From: Squalus acanthias
Lineage: Eukaryota
Direction: 5' to 3'
Length of the DNA stretch: 64,000 bases
Assembly (NCBI GenBank): GCA_030390025.1
Contig: CM059432.1
Coordinates: forward strand, 150,352,001 to 150,416,000
Shown here: positions 25,660 to 39,650 of the stretch, in pieces
Layout: each line of letters opens with the position of its first letter
How positions within the stretch are numbered: the first letter of the stretch is position 1
The notes under the pieces: generated by a model
The model's database searches: none
What the model was told of the DNA's origin: nothing
What the model saw: the letters and a program-made list of their open reading frames with translations, nothing else
Made by a program: the position numbers and the translations under genes

Positions 25660-27271
25660 AATGGTTTCGGTCTTGCTAATATTTAGTCGGAGGAAATTAC
25701 TGCTCATCTAGTACTGCAGTCTGACAATTTCGAGACAGTGGAGCGGTCAAGATAGGTGGTTGTGAGGTAGAGTTGAGTGTTGTCAGCGTACATGTGGATC
25801 CTAATTAAACTTAACTTTTTCCTGAATCCATGTTGATGTCCCTTGAACAGCTTTCCCAGGTATTCATCCATTGGATATCCCAAAATTATTTCAAAGACTT
25901 TCCTTACAGCAATGCTTAACTAACAGGTAGGATCTTTTTTGAGGTTGTCATTTAAAAAAAATCATTACCATGCAGCAGGAGATTCCACAGTAAGTTAGGT
26001 TTCTTCACTCCTCCTTCCCTCTCCTTCAATGCTGGCAAATGTTTCTACCAACCAAAAATGAGACACCCCAGCCTGGCCAAACAATGCAGTACCTGAAATC
26101 TCACAGGTCAAAATCCCGGCACTTGTGTCAGAATCGTGCCCACTGTTGCCCTCCAATGCTAACCTGCTAGAGTATATGAGGTCAGAAGAGGGGTGGAGGC
26201 ACCAAATTAGCATGAGGCTGGCGGGTTCTGCACCGCTATGGGCACATCCTGGGTGCCTGTCTACCACAAGCGACCAGGAAATCTGCCCCCTGCTGCCATG
26301 TCTGGATGAGGGCGCGGCATTTACCACCCCTGCCCCCATCCAGCAACTTTGAAAATCATCCTTAAACAGTTTCCTTTGTAAGGAGACTGAATTGATGAAA
26401 AACCAAATGAATGACCTTTTCTCAGTCTTCAGGTGTGTGAGCCAGTTTGATGGCCTGGACCATCATGGTGCTTCCCACTTCCACTCTTCAAGAGGCTCTT
26501 CTCACTTGGTATAGTGGACTCCAAAGTTACGCTGGGTCCTTGCGAGGCCAAGGATACGGGTGCTCCCAGTGGAGGGAGGCCTCAGCCCCTCTGACCCGGG
26601 TAAGGGGCGGACGGAGGTTCTGCCTCTTACATGGATCCGTGATACTGGTAGCATAAGCTATCCTGGTCCTGTGCTGTTTTCCGTCTCCTATGCCGAACTT
26701 CTGCTGGCGTCTTGTTGGGAGTGCACCAGAAAGATCATGAAATTTGGGGCCCCACAGTTTTTAAACTTTTAGCGCACATTTTACCTTCAACATCCCTCAC
26801 AGTCCCTACCTTTCCCAATAATACTGGCAACCTGTGGACTGCTTTGGATATCTGCCAAAATAAGGTCATAAATGATCAACGTAAGCCACAGTGTAATATA
26901 ATTTTAGGATGGCATGATTTTTATGAATAACATTGAATTATATATAGAAATATATTTGAAATATAACTTTCAAAGCACTTCAATAAATGGGAACTTGTTC
27001 AGCACGGAATCTAAACCCTCAGCTCTTCTGAGAAGTGCATCCATCATTTTTAATTGAGAGAAGCAATGCGTGGGTGTCCACACATGAAATTGTGGAAGTT
27101 CATAATTTAATTGTTAATACATCTGCAGCTCATCTCATCTATTTTCAAAGGATGACTCACAGCTACAAGAGGAAAAAAAATACAGCTTGCAACTTCTTTT
27201 TAAAAATCCTGCAATATTATTGCTGCAATAATTTACCACTTAAGGTGGCAGTAACAGATGTGTTGTTCTAA

Positions 27272-27602
27272 TTTCAGTGCAGCACTGAGGGAGTGTTGCA
27301 CTGCTGGAAGTGCCATCTTTCAGATAAGACATTCAATCGAGGTCCCGTCTACTCTCTCAGGTGGGTATCAAAGATCCCATATCAATATTTGAAGAAGAGT
27401 AGGAGTGTTCTCCTGGCATCCTGGCCAATGTTTATCCCTCAACCAACACCTCCAGAAACAGATTATATAGTCACAATCTCATTGCCGTTTGTGGGCCTTG
27501 CTGTGACTGCTGCGGTTCCCTACATTGTAACAGTGACCAAGTTTCAAAATACTTGATTGGCTGTGAAGTGATTTGGAATATCCTGAGGTCATGCAAGTTC
27601 CT
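27272..27602 (+). mobile_element. Deu-SINE, 5'-truncated, diverged
   Basis: CAGTGCAGCACTGAGGGAGTG...CTTTCAGATAAGAC...AAAGATCCC...ATGCAAG. Confidence 0.8.
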
Positions 27603-28114
27603 TCTTTCCTCAACAGCATGATGCTTCTGTTGATACAGCAGATTAAGGCTAAACAATGTGAATACAAAGGCCAATTCCATCAAATCAGGTGTTCCGCAGA
27701 CCTTAATGGGCTTTTCAATGATCTGTAAGTCTGGAATGTGAAATTTGTACCTATGTGAATCATAGTTTGCTGAAAGTCAATGTTAAGATGAAACAAAATT
27801 TACAAGCATAATTTGTACACCAAACCTCTAGATTTTACAGTGTTCATCTCAAAATGCATCTCTAATAGGTTTTGCTTTAGTATGAATTAATTTTAAAAGT
27901 ATATCACATTGCAGGGTTCCTTGTGCATACCTGCTAATCTTTTAGTGAAAGAAAGTGGAGTGGATGGGGGTAATCTTCAACTGGAGTACACATTGGGCGG
28001 AGCGATCATGCCATCTGCCTGATGGTTCCACCGAAAAGCCAGAAACATTTTTCTGGCTGGGCCTCAGCTAAGTATTTCTGGTGAGCTCCCAATGCTCAGC
28101 AAGTGCGGTCAACA

Positions 28115-28590
28115 GGGGTGGGGGGCAGAGGTCGCGGGTTTAGGAGGTGCTGTCAAAGAAACCTTGGCGAGTTGCTGCAGTGCATCTTGTAGATGGTACA
28201 CACTGCAGCCACGGTGCGCTGGTGGTGGAGGGAGTGAATGTTTAAGGTGGTGGATGGGGTGCCAATCAACCAGGCTTCTTTGTCCTGGATGGTGTCGAGC
28301 TTCTTGAGTGTTGTTGGAACTGCACTCATCCAGGTAAGTGGAGAGTATTCCATCACACTCCTGACTTGTGCCTTGTAGATGGTGGAAAGGCTTTGGGGAG
28401 TCAGGAGGTAGACACTTGCCACAGAATACCCAGCCTCTGACCTGCTCCTGTAGCCACTGTATTTATGTGGCTGGTCCAGTTAAGTTTCTGGTCAATGGTG
28501 AGCCCCAGGATGTTGATGGTGGGGAAATTTGGCACTAGTAATGCCGTTGAATGTCAAGGGGCAGTGGTTAGACTCTCTCTTGTTGGAAAT
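28115..28590 (-). mobile_element. CR1-group (Crack/Daphne/L2B-like) LINE fragment
   Basis: LLTPQSLSTIYKAQVRSVMEYSPLTWMSAVPTTLKKLDTIQDK; same family as 54.07-54.82 kb. Confidence 0.8.
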
Positions 28591-28967
28591 AGTAGCTCTT
28601 TACTGTCTTAGTAAGGAAATTGAAGGCACTCAGAGCTCCATGAAGGAGTCTTGTAAATAACAATAATTTCAAAGTGAGTGGATAAGACAAAACACTCACC
28701 TTAAACTTTAAAAGAAAATATTTAAAAAATGAAATTTTGCTATATTCATTCAGTCTGTGCAGCACAAGTAGTTTTAACGCCACATACAGATAGAAATGAT
28801 GCATTTTAGATCTCCTATTTCGTCTGTGGTGAAGAGAGGGCAGAAAACAAAGTTTCTGATATTTGGAAATTTGTGAGTTATTGGCTCCCCCTCAGGTTTG
28901 GTAGCACAGTAACTGTATATTGTTTATGGATGTAGTGTGAGGTGAGGGGATGCAGTTCAAACACTCT

Positions 28968-30700
28968 GGGCTGAATTTTGCCGGCACTCAGAGTGTGGGT
29001 TTGGAGGCGGGTCCGCCGTCAAAATAGTAAAGATTGACAGTGGGTAGGAAACCCGCTGTCAACCCGCCTCCACGCGAGTCTCCCAGGTCTGCGCAGACCT
29101 GACCCGACACCAAGCGGCGGGGGAGACAATTTAGATCATTAAATGGCTTGTTAACAACCAATTTAATGCTATTTTGAGCCTACCTTGTAATTTTACATGC
29201 TCCCCCACGGGTTACCCGCTGCTCGGGGAACACGCCAGCTCACCCTGGCGTGAGTTGAGTCTGCTTTGATTTATCTGATAACCTGACAGCTGCAGAAGTG
29301 GTATAAAGGATACCATGTTGTAACTGTTCAGTTTCAGAGCTCAGAAACTGTTGGTTACTGCATTTGTAAGACAGAGAGAGCTTTCCGTAGCTTGCAAGTG
29401 TTTAGAGCCAACTCTCTATCCAGTGGCACCTCATTGGGAGAGCCTCTCTCACCTTTGACAAATCGCTTCTGTCATCTCAACTGCAGCTGCCATCTATTCC
29501 AGCAACATCGCTGCCGATCAGCCCCAACAGCAACATCACCAGGCACACCAACATCACCAACCTTCTCCACCATCACCTGATGCTGCACAGGACACAGGGC
29601 ATCAGCCCCTGAAAACATTGCTACCTGGGAGGCCAGCGATGGCATCACCATCGCCAGATTTACTTCACTTGACGCTGTACACCCTGGCTGCCACATGATG
29701 CGCCACGATGACACCATCCCACACCAGCACCATAAAGCATCCCTATAATGTCCAAGCCATTCCTTTAACACTCATCACAATAGCAGGGGGAGGTGGGGGG
29801 AGTTATGTCTCAACATTTACTGGAACTCACTAAGACACTTCTCAAGGTGAGCACAGATCTGTCCAATAAGTTGAAGTGTTGAAAATATAGATTTCATTGA
29901 ATGACAATACATTAACAGAAACTTCACATGAACATTGGCTAAAACAGAGAAGTGCCTACCTTTGTGTGTTGTTAGTTGGTATGATTTGACTAGGATGAGG
30001 GTGAGTGTGAGGGGTGGCTTGTGAGATGGGGAAGTGATAATGTAGATAAAGAGGGATGGTGGAGTTGCAAGGTCAGTTGGTGTGAATAAGGATGTGCAGG
30101 AGTAGGGTATGGAAGGCAGAGTGATGGGGATGTATTGAGTGGCACAGCAGGGTGAGTTTGAGTGTGGCTTTGCAGTAACGTTTCGTGATCTACTGAGATC
30201 ATTGAAAGGCTGGCACCACTGCAGCCAGGGACTCCTGATGACATCCCTGCTTGTGTCTTCCTGTGCAATGTGCAACCAGGCTGCGTTGATCTCCTGGGGA
30301 GGTCTCTTCCGCCCATGGGAAGGGAAGAGAACCTCCCTGCGTGCTGTGACTCCCTCCATAAGCATATGGAAGGAGTCATGCGTGAGCCTGAGTGCAGACG
30401 TGCACCTTTGTGCAGTGCTCGTCAGTGTTTGCAGCACCTCAATGCTGTCAAACGCTGACAGTACAACTGTCAAAATCAATGTGGCCATGGTCCCTTTAAG
30501 GAAACCGGCTGATGACGCGTCATCAAATGACGTAATCAGATCCGCTTCCTGTTCATTGGCCAGGAACCCCGCAGGGTGGGCTTAACAAGGCCAATCTACG
30601 GAAAATCATTTTCAGAGAGCGGCTGCAGACGGGAGCGGGACCGGAAGCCGCCAAGCAGCTCTCCCGCCACCCTCCTGCCTCCACAGGGGAAATCTAGCCC
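28968..30700 (-). mobile_element. Non-autonomous Harbinger deletion derivative with Myb/SANT exon relic
   Basis: TIR GGGCTGAATTTT / AAATCTAGCCC, flanked by TCT on both sides (3-bp TSD). The minus strand reads LMEGVTARREVLFPSHGRKRPPQEINAAWLHIAQEDTSRDVIRSPWLQWCQPFNDLSRSR (~30.18-30.42 kb). Confidence 0.85.
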
Positions 30701-31230
30701 TCTATTGCAGCTGGGAAGTGGTCTTACAATATTTCATAGTCTAATTGATCAGTTTGCTTTAGTAGTACATGTCCATTTTGATACAATTTTAATGCCTGCT
30801 AAAATGCAATGACATTTTCAAATGTACTATTGCTGGCGAGGGATACATTACAAATATGTACACTGCTTGTAATTGGTACAGGGCTATGATGGGCACAACT
30901 GGTACAAGCACTGAATGCTCATTGAAGCCTGAACCCAGTGAATGGAGCATATGCCTTACCTTCGCAACCTGCTCCTGGCAATCTGTTGTTTTATTTCAGA
31001 ATACAGAGCAAACTCTCAGCATTTCTAAAGCTGAATAAGAACTGTGGGCACGATTGGCAGATTTTCTTTTGCCTGCAGGAAGGTATCGTAAAGGATTTTA
31101 ATTTTGTCAGTCTTTATCACTTGATCCACAGTCATAAAGACCTATCCAGAAAAATGGCTGGATGAAAATGTTATTCCAGCAATAGGAGGAGGATAAGTAG
31201 GTTTTCATTTTCCCCCTTTTCCGACATTAA

Positions 31231-32376
31231 GGCCTGAATTTTAATATTTTGGCGGGTTGGGAGCGAGGGGGGCTCGGAAGCGGTTGGGTTTCCCTCAGGC
31301 CTGGCCGAATTTAACGGCAGGGCCTGATTTGCATTGGAAACCTCTGTTTCCCACCCACAGCCACCCAGATTGAGAGGCTGGCTGCGGGCGGGTAGGCCTG
31401 TGGCACTAGGTCGCAGAGGGGACGGAAGGGGTCACGTGGGGGCCGGGGGCAGTTGGGTGGGCTGGAGCCATGTGGGGGGGAAGGGCAGGGCTGGATGATC
31501 ATTGGAGGGCCGGAGGAGCAGGGTGTTGGCCGGAGTGGATGGTCAGGGGGCCGGGAGTACATCGGGGGCCGGAGCAGCTGATCTGCAGGCCAGGAGCATA
31601 TTGGGGTGCCGGGGGCTCATTGCGTGTGTGCCAGAGGAGCATGGGGGAGGGGGGAGACAGACAACATCAGGAGGGGGGCCAGAGGAGCCTGGGGTTGGGA
31701 GGCAGACATCATTGGGGGCCAGAGGAGCCTGGGGTTGGGAGGCAGACATCATTGGGGGGCCAGAGGAGCCTGGGGTTGGGAGGCAGACATCATTGGGGGG
31801 CCAGAGGAGCCTGGGGTTGGGAGGCAGACATCATTGGGGGGCCAGAGGAGCCTGGGGTTGGGAGGCAGACATCATTGGGGGGCCAGAGGAGCCTGGGGTT
31901 GGGAGGCAGACATCATTGGGGGGCCAGAGGAGAGGAGCATGGGGTTGGGAGGCAGACAACATCAGGGGCCAGAGGAGAATCGGGGGTGAGGCAGATGGCA
32001 TCGGGGGGCCTTAGGAGCATGGCCTCATGGGGGGTCTCTGATCGCAGGGGGTGGGTTAGGCAGGGATGCTGGATCCAGGAGGTAAGTATAAAGATCCAGC
32101 AGTCCTCGCCTTACTTTAGCTGGCGGGTTTGACACGACCAGCTACTGTTAAATTGAAAATGGTGGTTAAATCTGAGGCACGCCAGCCTTATTATAATATT
32201 TAAATGGGCGACCTGCCTCCTGGGAGCGGGTTGGCTGCCTGCCCCCCGTTCCGCCTCCGTTAAAACCGGAAGTGCGCGGGGTTGGAGGCAGGTTCTGGTC
32301 AGGATTCAGACTTTTAACACTTTAATTTCCACCCGACCCCAACCCACCTATTTTTGGGGGGTTAAAATTCCCCCCC
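31231..32376. mobile_element. Harbinger-type MITE, same family as 24247-25659 in opposite orientation
   Basis: Ends GGCCTGAATTTTAA / TTAAAATTCCCCC. The reverse complement of 32040-32310 aligns by eye to 24310-24610. Confidence 0.85.
31678..31975. repeat. 41-bp minisatellite (GCCAGAGGAGCCTGGGGTTGGGAGGCAGACATCATTGGGGG, ~7 copies)
   Basis: Near-identical head-to-tail units with no spacers. Confidence 0.95.
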
Positions 32377-32559
32377 AAGTTTCTCAATTTTATCCTGAGA
32401 ATAGTCTACTTCCAAGTTTCTTCCAAAGTGGCTGTGTAACTGGTTGCCTAGAACTGCATGCTGGTGACGTGGTGACTCGCCTGATAATTTGCTCCCTTCC
32501 TGTGGGCAGCACTCGATCTTTACTCAACATTGTTTCTTGACAGCAGAGTCTAGATCAGG

Positions 32560-33800
32560 AATTGGGTGCAAAACAGTCAGTCTTTCAATCACAAAACTGA
32601 CTGGTTGAGAATTATTCATCTTCTGTGGGCTCGCTTGCAGCTGTGAAGCCCAATCCCTGAAGTGCCAGGCTTTTGCAGTGTGTGTAAAAACAACTTGTCT
32701 TGGTCTTGTGGTGGTTGCTGCCATTTCCACAGCAGCGGCTTTTCTTTCTGCCCCCTGTGTCATATGCACAACCTGCTCTATCTGCTGCTAATATCTCCCA
32801 GTTGTTCGCCGCAATGCCACACCGATTCAGGTTGCACTTAAAATGCATCATCTGCCCATTCTGCTAATACGTGCCATGTCCGAGCACAGAAAACGCGTAG
32901 AAAGTTTGCTGTCATCAACATATTCCGCCTGGCACAGCTGTGCTCACATTATTGTTTAATTTTCCACATTTCAGCACCTTGTAATCGTTATCTTAGTCCT
33001 GTCATTTGATATACACGAGGGAACTGACTTGGCCCAGATGGAACACATTGTGCTCTTGACAGCCGTAGTACAGCAAGGCTGTCGTAATTGCAAAGAATCA
33101 AGATCGCAGCTTTGTGAAAAATTTTGAGCGGAGGGTGTAACCTATGATTCATTCCTTCAATTTGCCAAAAGAATAACTGTCCTGATGTGTAAAAGCATTT
33201 CTTGATCAATGAGAGAGGAGCTCAACAGGAAGATTCCTGCTTAGGTGAAATCCAGTTCAGTATTGTTAAAGATGATGGATGGTTTGATATACCATTTTAC
33301 TGGGTGCCATTTGGTACATCAACTCTGTTTTGCTTAGGTTGATGGTATATTTCTAATTCTTTACCACTGTATCTACGATCAATTGTTGATCCTTAGGGTG
33401 TGTGTTTCAAGTATACCATCAACCCAACCCAGAGTTTTTAAAATGAGCTCCCCACAACATTTGGTGAAAGTGCACAGTGCGCTCAAATTGAAGTGCTTGC
33501 CAGATGTACAAATTCTAATGCTGACTTCACCGATTGTTGCTGCGAGAATAGACCAAAGAGACTCAGTGCAAGAACATGGCTCTGCTTGACCCCATTGGAA
33601 ATGTTCAAGGGTTTGCAAAGGGCACCAACTGCACATACACTGCCCAGCAAAGCATGATGTTATCAGCAAATAATCTGAACATATTTTTATGGATAGCCAA
33701 ACCTGGATCGCATTTTCCACAAACCATGCCTGCTGGCTGCATCAAATGTTTTGTCAGGTCAATGAAGACATTGGTGATAAGGTAACTGAGAAGCACTCAG
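32560..33800 (-). mobile_element. Old RTE-clade LINE relic
   Basis: Minus-strand remnants VFIDLTK, RLFADN (YADD-like) and IAANNWEILAADRA (RTE C-terminal WE..A.DR motif). Heavily frameshifted. Confidence 0.7.
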
Positions 33801-35011
33801 GCAAAAAAACTTCCTATCAATGGACAAGAGGGAGATGTGTCAATAGTTCTTACAGCCTCTTGAATTGTTTAAGAGTACGTTCATAACTTCTAATTTTGCA
33901 AGTTGGCAAAACTCATACTTGTTCTCTTGGTATCTGTATTACTGTAACAATCATTGCACTTTTAAGGTTCTGATGGTCACCTCCTCAAACCCATCTCTTC
34001 AGATTGAAAGAAGTGAATGGTGCCCATATTTTTAGATCTCTGTTCATGTTCCGTGATGCCCAGTGTTATACACCAATATTTTACATCATCAGATTGAATA
34101 TAGGTTTAGTTATTTAGCCTTAACCACATCAGAAAAAAGAGATTTTATTTTGAGCATAGATTTATTTTTTTAAGTGGGGTTGGAGCTTCTAAAATTCATG
34201 TTTTATATTGTAAGGACATTGTTTTGTATATGGGAAATCATTTTATCTTAATCACAATATGGTCTTTAATGAATGCATTTTAAAAGGAGAAATTAACTCT
34301 ACCCTTTCTCCATCCTTTTTGTTGTGTGAAAGGTTCATCTGCTGCAGAATTTCTGCTCCATCATTGTGAAATTAACTTCTTAACTCTTGCAATAACAGTA
34401 GCTGGTCACTGACATCCCATCTTCTTCCTGAAATACATATTGTGCTGCAGACTCAGGTATGGGCTCACATTGGGCAGTGTGACAATGATAAATTTCAGTA
34501 ATTTGTTCTTTGCACAGCATTGTAGCTTTACTTAGGGTAGACCACGTCTGCAAGGGTCAAACAAAGGAATCTCGCCTGCAAGGTAGACTAGTCATAAATA
34601 GGATAAATAGATCCAAATGAGAGACTAGTCACCGTAGAACTACGGAACTACTGTTGCCATTTCGCCACTGCAAAATTATAAATTGCCCAGTCTGTTGTCG
34701 AGACCTGAATGCATTAGATGGAGAGGCAATAGGAAGTGATATGAAATATATTACCATCTTGAATATCCTTTAAAAGAAAAAAAAGGAAAAAAGGAAGATG
34801 TTGGATGTTTTGGTGTCCTGAGTTTTAATACCCTTCCAGCCACTTCCCAATCTCCCAAAAATCGAAACAGTGATAAAATTCTACGATGGCGTCATCTCCC
34901 AAAACCAAATTTGTCGAAGTATCTTCTGCAAATTATGCCACATATGCGAAGTGCAGTGAATGGTTCCCTTTTCAGGAAAATTGTTAGCTAAACTAATGCA
35001 ATAGAACCATA

Positions 35012-35778
35012 GGGCTGGATTTTGAATGACCCATGGAGTCGGGTTTGGAGGCGTGTGGGGGGTTAAATTTGCGGGGTCGGGGTTTCCGACCCCATCCCAA
35101 CTCCATCCCGCCTCCACGCAATTTTGACAAAATCAGTCACGGGGTTCCCGACTCCATCCCGCCTCCAAGAGGCGGGAGAGGCCATTACAGCCCTTAACAA
35201 GCCCTAAATTGGGTCTGTAATGCTATTTTGAATCGTTGTAGCTAGTTTAACCCTTTTCTGACGTGAAGTATGCCTGGTGTGAAACACTCCAGTGAAACCT
35301 GGCGGGAGCACAAGTGGATAGCTGACTATCAGCTGCAGGTCCACTATTACAACGGAGATGTGATGAAGGTAGTAGTAGTATTAGGCCTGAAAGTCGCCTC
35401 TGATGCTGCTCCATTGAATGTCTTCAGAGACTGCCTGGCCTTTGCTGCGAGAGGACTTGGATGGAAAAAAAATTCTCTCTCTCTCTCTCTCATATATATC
35501 AATTTTCCATCCAGGTCCAATCACATCAAAAGCCAGGCAGGTCCTCTCTCACCAGCAGCCAGACAATCTCTGAGAGCAGGCAGTCAGCAATGATGACATC
35601 ATCAGAGGCGGGTTTCAGGCTGAAACCACTAATTGGTACATGGGTTCCCACATGCTGGAACTCAATTGCCCAATTAAGTTAAAATTGCATCATTCATCCA
35701 CATTAATCTGGAGTCGGGGGGGAAACACGAAATGTGGAGGACACGACCCCAACCCGACCCCAAGACAAAATCCAGCCC
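35012..35778. mobile_element. Harbinger-type MITE
   Basis: Perfect 13-bp TIR GGGCTGGATTTTG / CAAAATCCAGCCC and TSD ATA (35009-35011, 35779-35781). Inserted in the tail of a minus-strand CR1. Confidence 0.93.
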
Positions 35779-35781
35779 ATA

Positions 35782-36110
35782 GAGTTTACAACACAGAAGG
35801 AGGCCATTCAGCCTATTGCATCCATGTCAGCTCTTTGCAAGAACAATCCAAAACTAAACTCACTGCCCTGCATTTTCCACTGCTTAGAATGTTCATCTAC
35901 TCTTCCCATAAAACAGGGAATGATTTCTGCCTCAACTACTCCCTGTGACAAAGCATTCCATGCTCCAACAACTTTGTGCATAAAGAAATTTCTCCAAACC
36001 CCTCTCTTCCCCATCCCCCCTCACCCCGGAGATAATTTTAAATTGATGATCCAGCGTCACTGGCTCCTCAGCCAGAGGAAATAGATTTTTTCTATTTGCC
36101 CTATTAAAAC
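35782..36110 (-). mobile_element. CR1 LINE 3' fragment
   Basis: RNFFMHKVVGAWNALSQGVVEA, followed by a GAATGGCCTCCTTCTGTG tail on the minus strand. Confidence 0.8.
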
Positions 36111-39100
36111 CGTTTGCAATAACTATGTAACACTAAAAGCCAAATAAATTTCCACAGAATTTATACTTAATTTACACAGTGGCAGCAATGTCATTCGAAA
36201 ATGACTAGCAAAAGCCACTGGTGTCCTGAGGAGTCATTGCGTGATTGCTGGGTACAGTAATTTGAAGTCCAAGAAGGGAAAAGAAATCTACTGATTAATT
36301 GGGTCACAGAAAGGAATCGCCTCCATGCTGGATCATGTTTACCATCATGCATTTTGGTGGACAGACTGTCAAAATTGCTCTCATCCTAATGACTAACGTT
36401 ACTTGCCCCACAATCCTGACAAACTGTTAGAACACAAGGCGAAATGTGGTCTCGTTACATTGATGCGCAGCAACAGAGTTCTGTGTTCAAAGATTGGGTG
36501 CTTGCTTATCTGGGTAAGCTGAATTCCTTCAAAGAACAGATGTGAACAAAGTGAATCGTGAAAGAGACCAACCTCAAGATCCTGAAGGTGCTTTGGGAGG
36601 AGAGGGGTTATTAAAAAAAGTGTGCTGGCTGAAATTAAACCTTAAGCACAATAATAGGATTTAACATTTCATAGCTTTTCCCCAATGTTGTATGTTAATA
36701 TGTGGACGGGGGATGGGGAAGGGGGATGTGATATAAGTTCGCTTGTGTTTTTCCTCAGAACATACTCTCAAAAAACAGACCAGCAAATTGCACATTTGAC
36801 AACAGAATAGCAATTGATGAAAATAAAATCGATCGAAAAGACTTAAACACAAGAAAAAGCAGGATTAGCAGTAATTGTTAGCATGCTTTTCTTTAATTTG
36901 TGGCATCAAAAATTGCAACATCCCTAACAAAGTAGAAAGCATGTCAGCACTTCACCATCGCAATGCAAATGCCTGAGTTAGTGGTATTCAAACCTTTCTG
37001 GGTTTGTGGAGGGTCTCTGCAAATATTGTTGCATTCCCATGGACACCCTGTAAATATTAACACACTCCCAGAGATCTCCTGCCTTGACTTCAAAAAATCA
37101 GCATCAGCTATCCAAAAGAAAATAACACTGTTATAACAGAAGGATATTTTTGTTTGTATACATCAGAAATAACGTAAGCCAACAAGTACAGAAAAAACAC
37201 AATATAGAATTCCCTTCACGCTGTGCTCCTTGTATGTCAATCCCCAAATGGTCAAAAAGTCTGATCACCTTAGGGACCCCTAAATTGCAGAAACCAATGT
37301 GTTTGGGGATTCCATTTTGGAAACCTATGCACCATTAAGAATAATAATCAACACAACAAATACCAGAAATTGTAGTTTATAGACGTTCTCGTGGAACAAC
37401 AACTACAAAGTTGCCCCAGTGCACAAGTCATAATTGCATGAAGGACATAAAACCTGCCTGAAGGTGGAACTCATACACTAGATTTTACAGTACCTCACCG
37501 ATTTAGACATCAGTTTTTACAAGCAATTCATTTTTTTGGTCTTTGGCTTTAATGCCCTATTTACAACAGCACATCATAAGCTCTGAATTTTGCTTCACAA
37601 TGAATGAATAAAACCAATATTGATTTTTTTGCCAAAATTTACAATATCATTCAGTTGATGGAGGCATCAAGGAGTTTGAATCTTCATTCATCTGTAGGAA
37701 TTTGCAGTTGTGCTCGCTTAACACCGACACTAGGCATTGTGATAACCCCCAAAGAAGTAAAACCATTTTTGTTTTCCTGCGTTACCACCAAGATTTATCA
37801 TGGTTCCTGACAAAAATCCAACTATCAATCTTTAGTGGACTTTCTTAGATTCTGTGACTTGCCCTTTATAATATTGCACCGTATAAACTAACAGACAAAA
37901 TGTTGAAATTTTACGAGATATTAAAAATCCACATACTAGTAATAAAAGGCTCTCTTTATTCATCAGCATTTCCTAACCAATTAAAATAAACTGTCTGGGT
38001 AGCATGTATTCAGGTTAGTTACTGGAAGTCTCTATGGCGATAGTGTTCTCATGACCTATTTGCATTATGATGTAAAGCCCTACTCAACTGTTTGAACCCT
38101 AGAAAAAGGTACTAATTCCACTCAGGCGGTATTGGCACACAATTACCAAGCTAAGATTTGTTACTGAGGATTTCAGGTGCAGTGCAGTACTTACCCTAGG
38201 TTAAAGGATTACCAATTTTTAGTTGATTTGCTGAAAAAAACTTGTTTCTTTTACTAATGACCTGGGTAAAGGCTCTAGGCACTGGTGAAACTGCTGCCGT
38301 GGACAAGGTTCAAACTCCTAATATATAAGTAGAGCATTTAAACATACCTACCTACAACTCTTTTCAAAGCAGTCAGTAAATTTTTTTTTTAACTAATAAT
38401 GACATTGTTGCGTATTCTTGATACATAGCTGTAACAAGTCTAATAACATTTCTCATTATTACAGGGCGAGGAGGGGGAACACAATACAATGCTGTGTAGT
38501 CACATTCTGCCTTATTGCAGACTTAAATAATTTTACCGACATCATTCTTACGGAGTTGGTCATTGACACCGCAAAAATAACGAGGCTGACTGTAACAGAA
38601 TATTGAAATAAAACAAACATTTTAGAGAACTAATCTAAACAATTCACTACTTGTGGGTTTAAATAAAATTAACATTTCAGCCACGGATCATTAAAAAAAT
38701 TAAATTTAAGCCCTAAAATTTTTAATATCAACTAATAGAAACACAATTTTGATGTCACCCACTTTAATACATACAAGTACCAGCAGCGCATATACATTTG
38801 AAGATTGGGGTAAAAGGAAGATATGCAGTATGTTGTTTTTCTTTTACAAGTAGTTTTTCAGTATTACGCAGAGAAATACAGAACAAATTGACATTTTTAA
38901 ATAGGGCTTGGACTTTTCCTCAATTGTCAAATGTTTTTTGTGGAATATTTGAATACTTTTTTTTTAAAAAAGGAAACGTGAGTGAGTAACATGCCCACAC
39001 ACAACCTGCACGATACTCCACAAGATATTTAATATTCTGCAACAATAGTGCATTGGTGTCTTGAATCAAACTGTAAGAAGCTTAATGCCCTATTATTGCA

Positions 39101-39530
39101 CACTTAGTACCAACTTCGCAATGTCAAAGTTATGCAGGTGATTGATAGCTGTCATAGGCGCTGCTTTATTCAAATTTCATCTGCTCCTTTCCTATGGTTC
39201 AGATACATTTATCATCTGTCTCTTTCATTTATATTTGGACCCTCTGCACAACAGGGTCCTACATTATTTAAATGATACTAAAAATTGCACTATATTACAG
39301 CTTGCTCCAACAATGAAGATGTCATGGTTGTCTAGGTAACAAAACTCTTAACACACAAGATAATTCAAATACAAAGCAAAGGATAAATTCTGCTATCACA
39401 AGCTCTGTAGTTCCCACACAACACTGTTACAATATTTGGCCATTCAATTAGTAAAATGAACTATTAGATTTAAGTTATGATATGCACCACACTTATTAAC
39501 TTCACAACATCTATTTCTACTGCACATTAC

Positions 39531-39650
39531 CTGTCCTCTTTCTGTCGGAAATTTCGAACTAATTGATTTCTAAGATCAGCAAGTCTGAAGTACGGTATTG
39601 GATACAAGATTTTTCTGGTCATCAGAGATCTTCATAGCAAAAAATCTTGA
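39531..39650 (-). other. Possible non-coding exon
   Basis: TTTTTTAG acceptor and CAG|GTAATG donor in non-repetitive DNA; stops in all three frames. Confidence 0.2.

Larger units (their letters stand above)
23250..25800 (-). mobile_element. L2-clade LINE 3' region, interrupted by two MITEs
   Basis: Tail GCTATATAAATACAAG(TTG)n on the minus strand. Minus-strand PITLVLADL and LKTYL-like C-terminal motifs; homologous to 44.6-45.1 kb. The sequence resumes after each MITE. Confidence 0.85.

Noticed and set aside
25990..26790. Additional MITE-like GC-rich segments (also ~2830-2935, ~13180-13500, ~27965-28100, ~41010-41075)
   Set aside because: They resemble MITE interiors, but I could not pair TIRs or find TSDs, so they are not called.
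31678..31975. CRISPR-like array
   Set aside because: Units are head-to-tail with no unique spacers and no cas genes, in a eukaryotic context.
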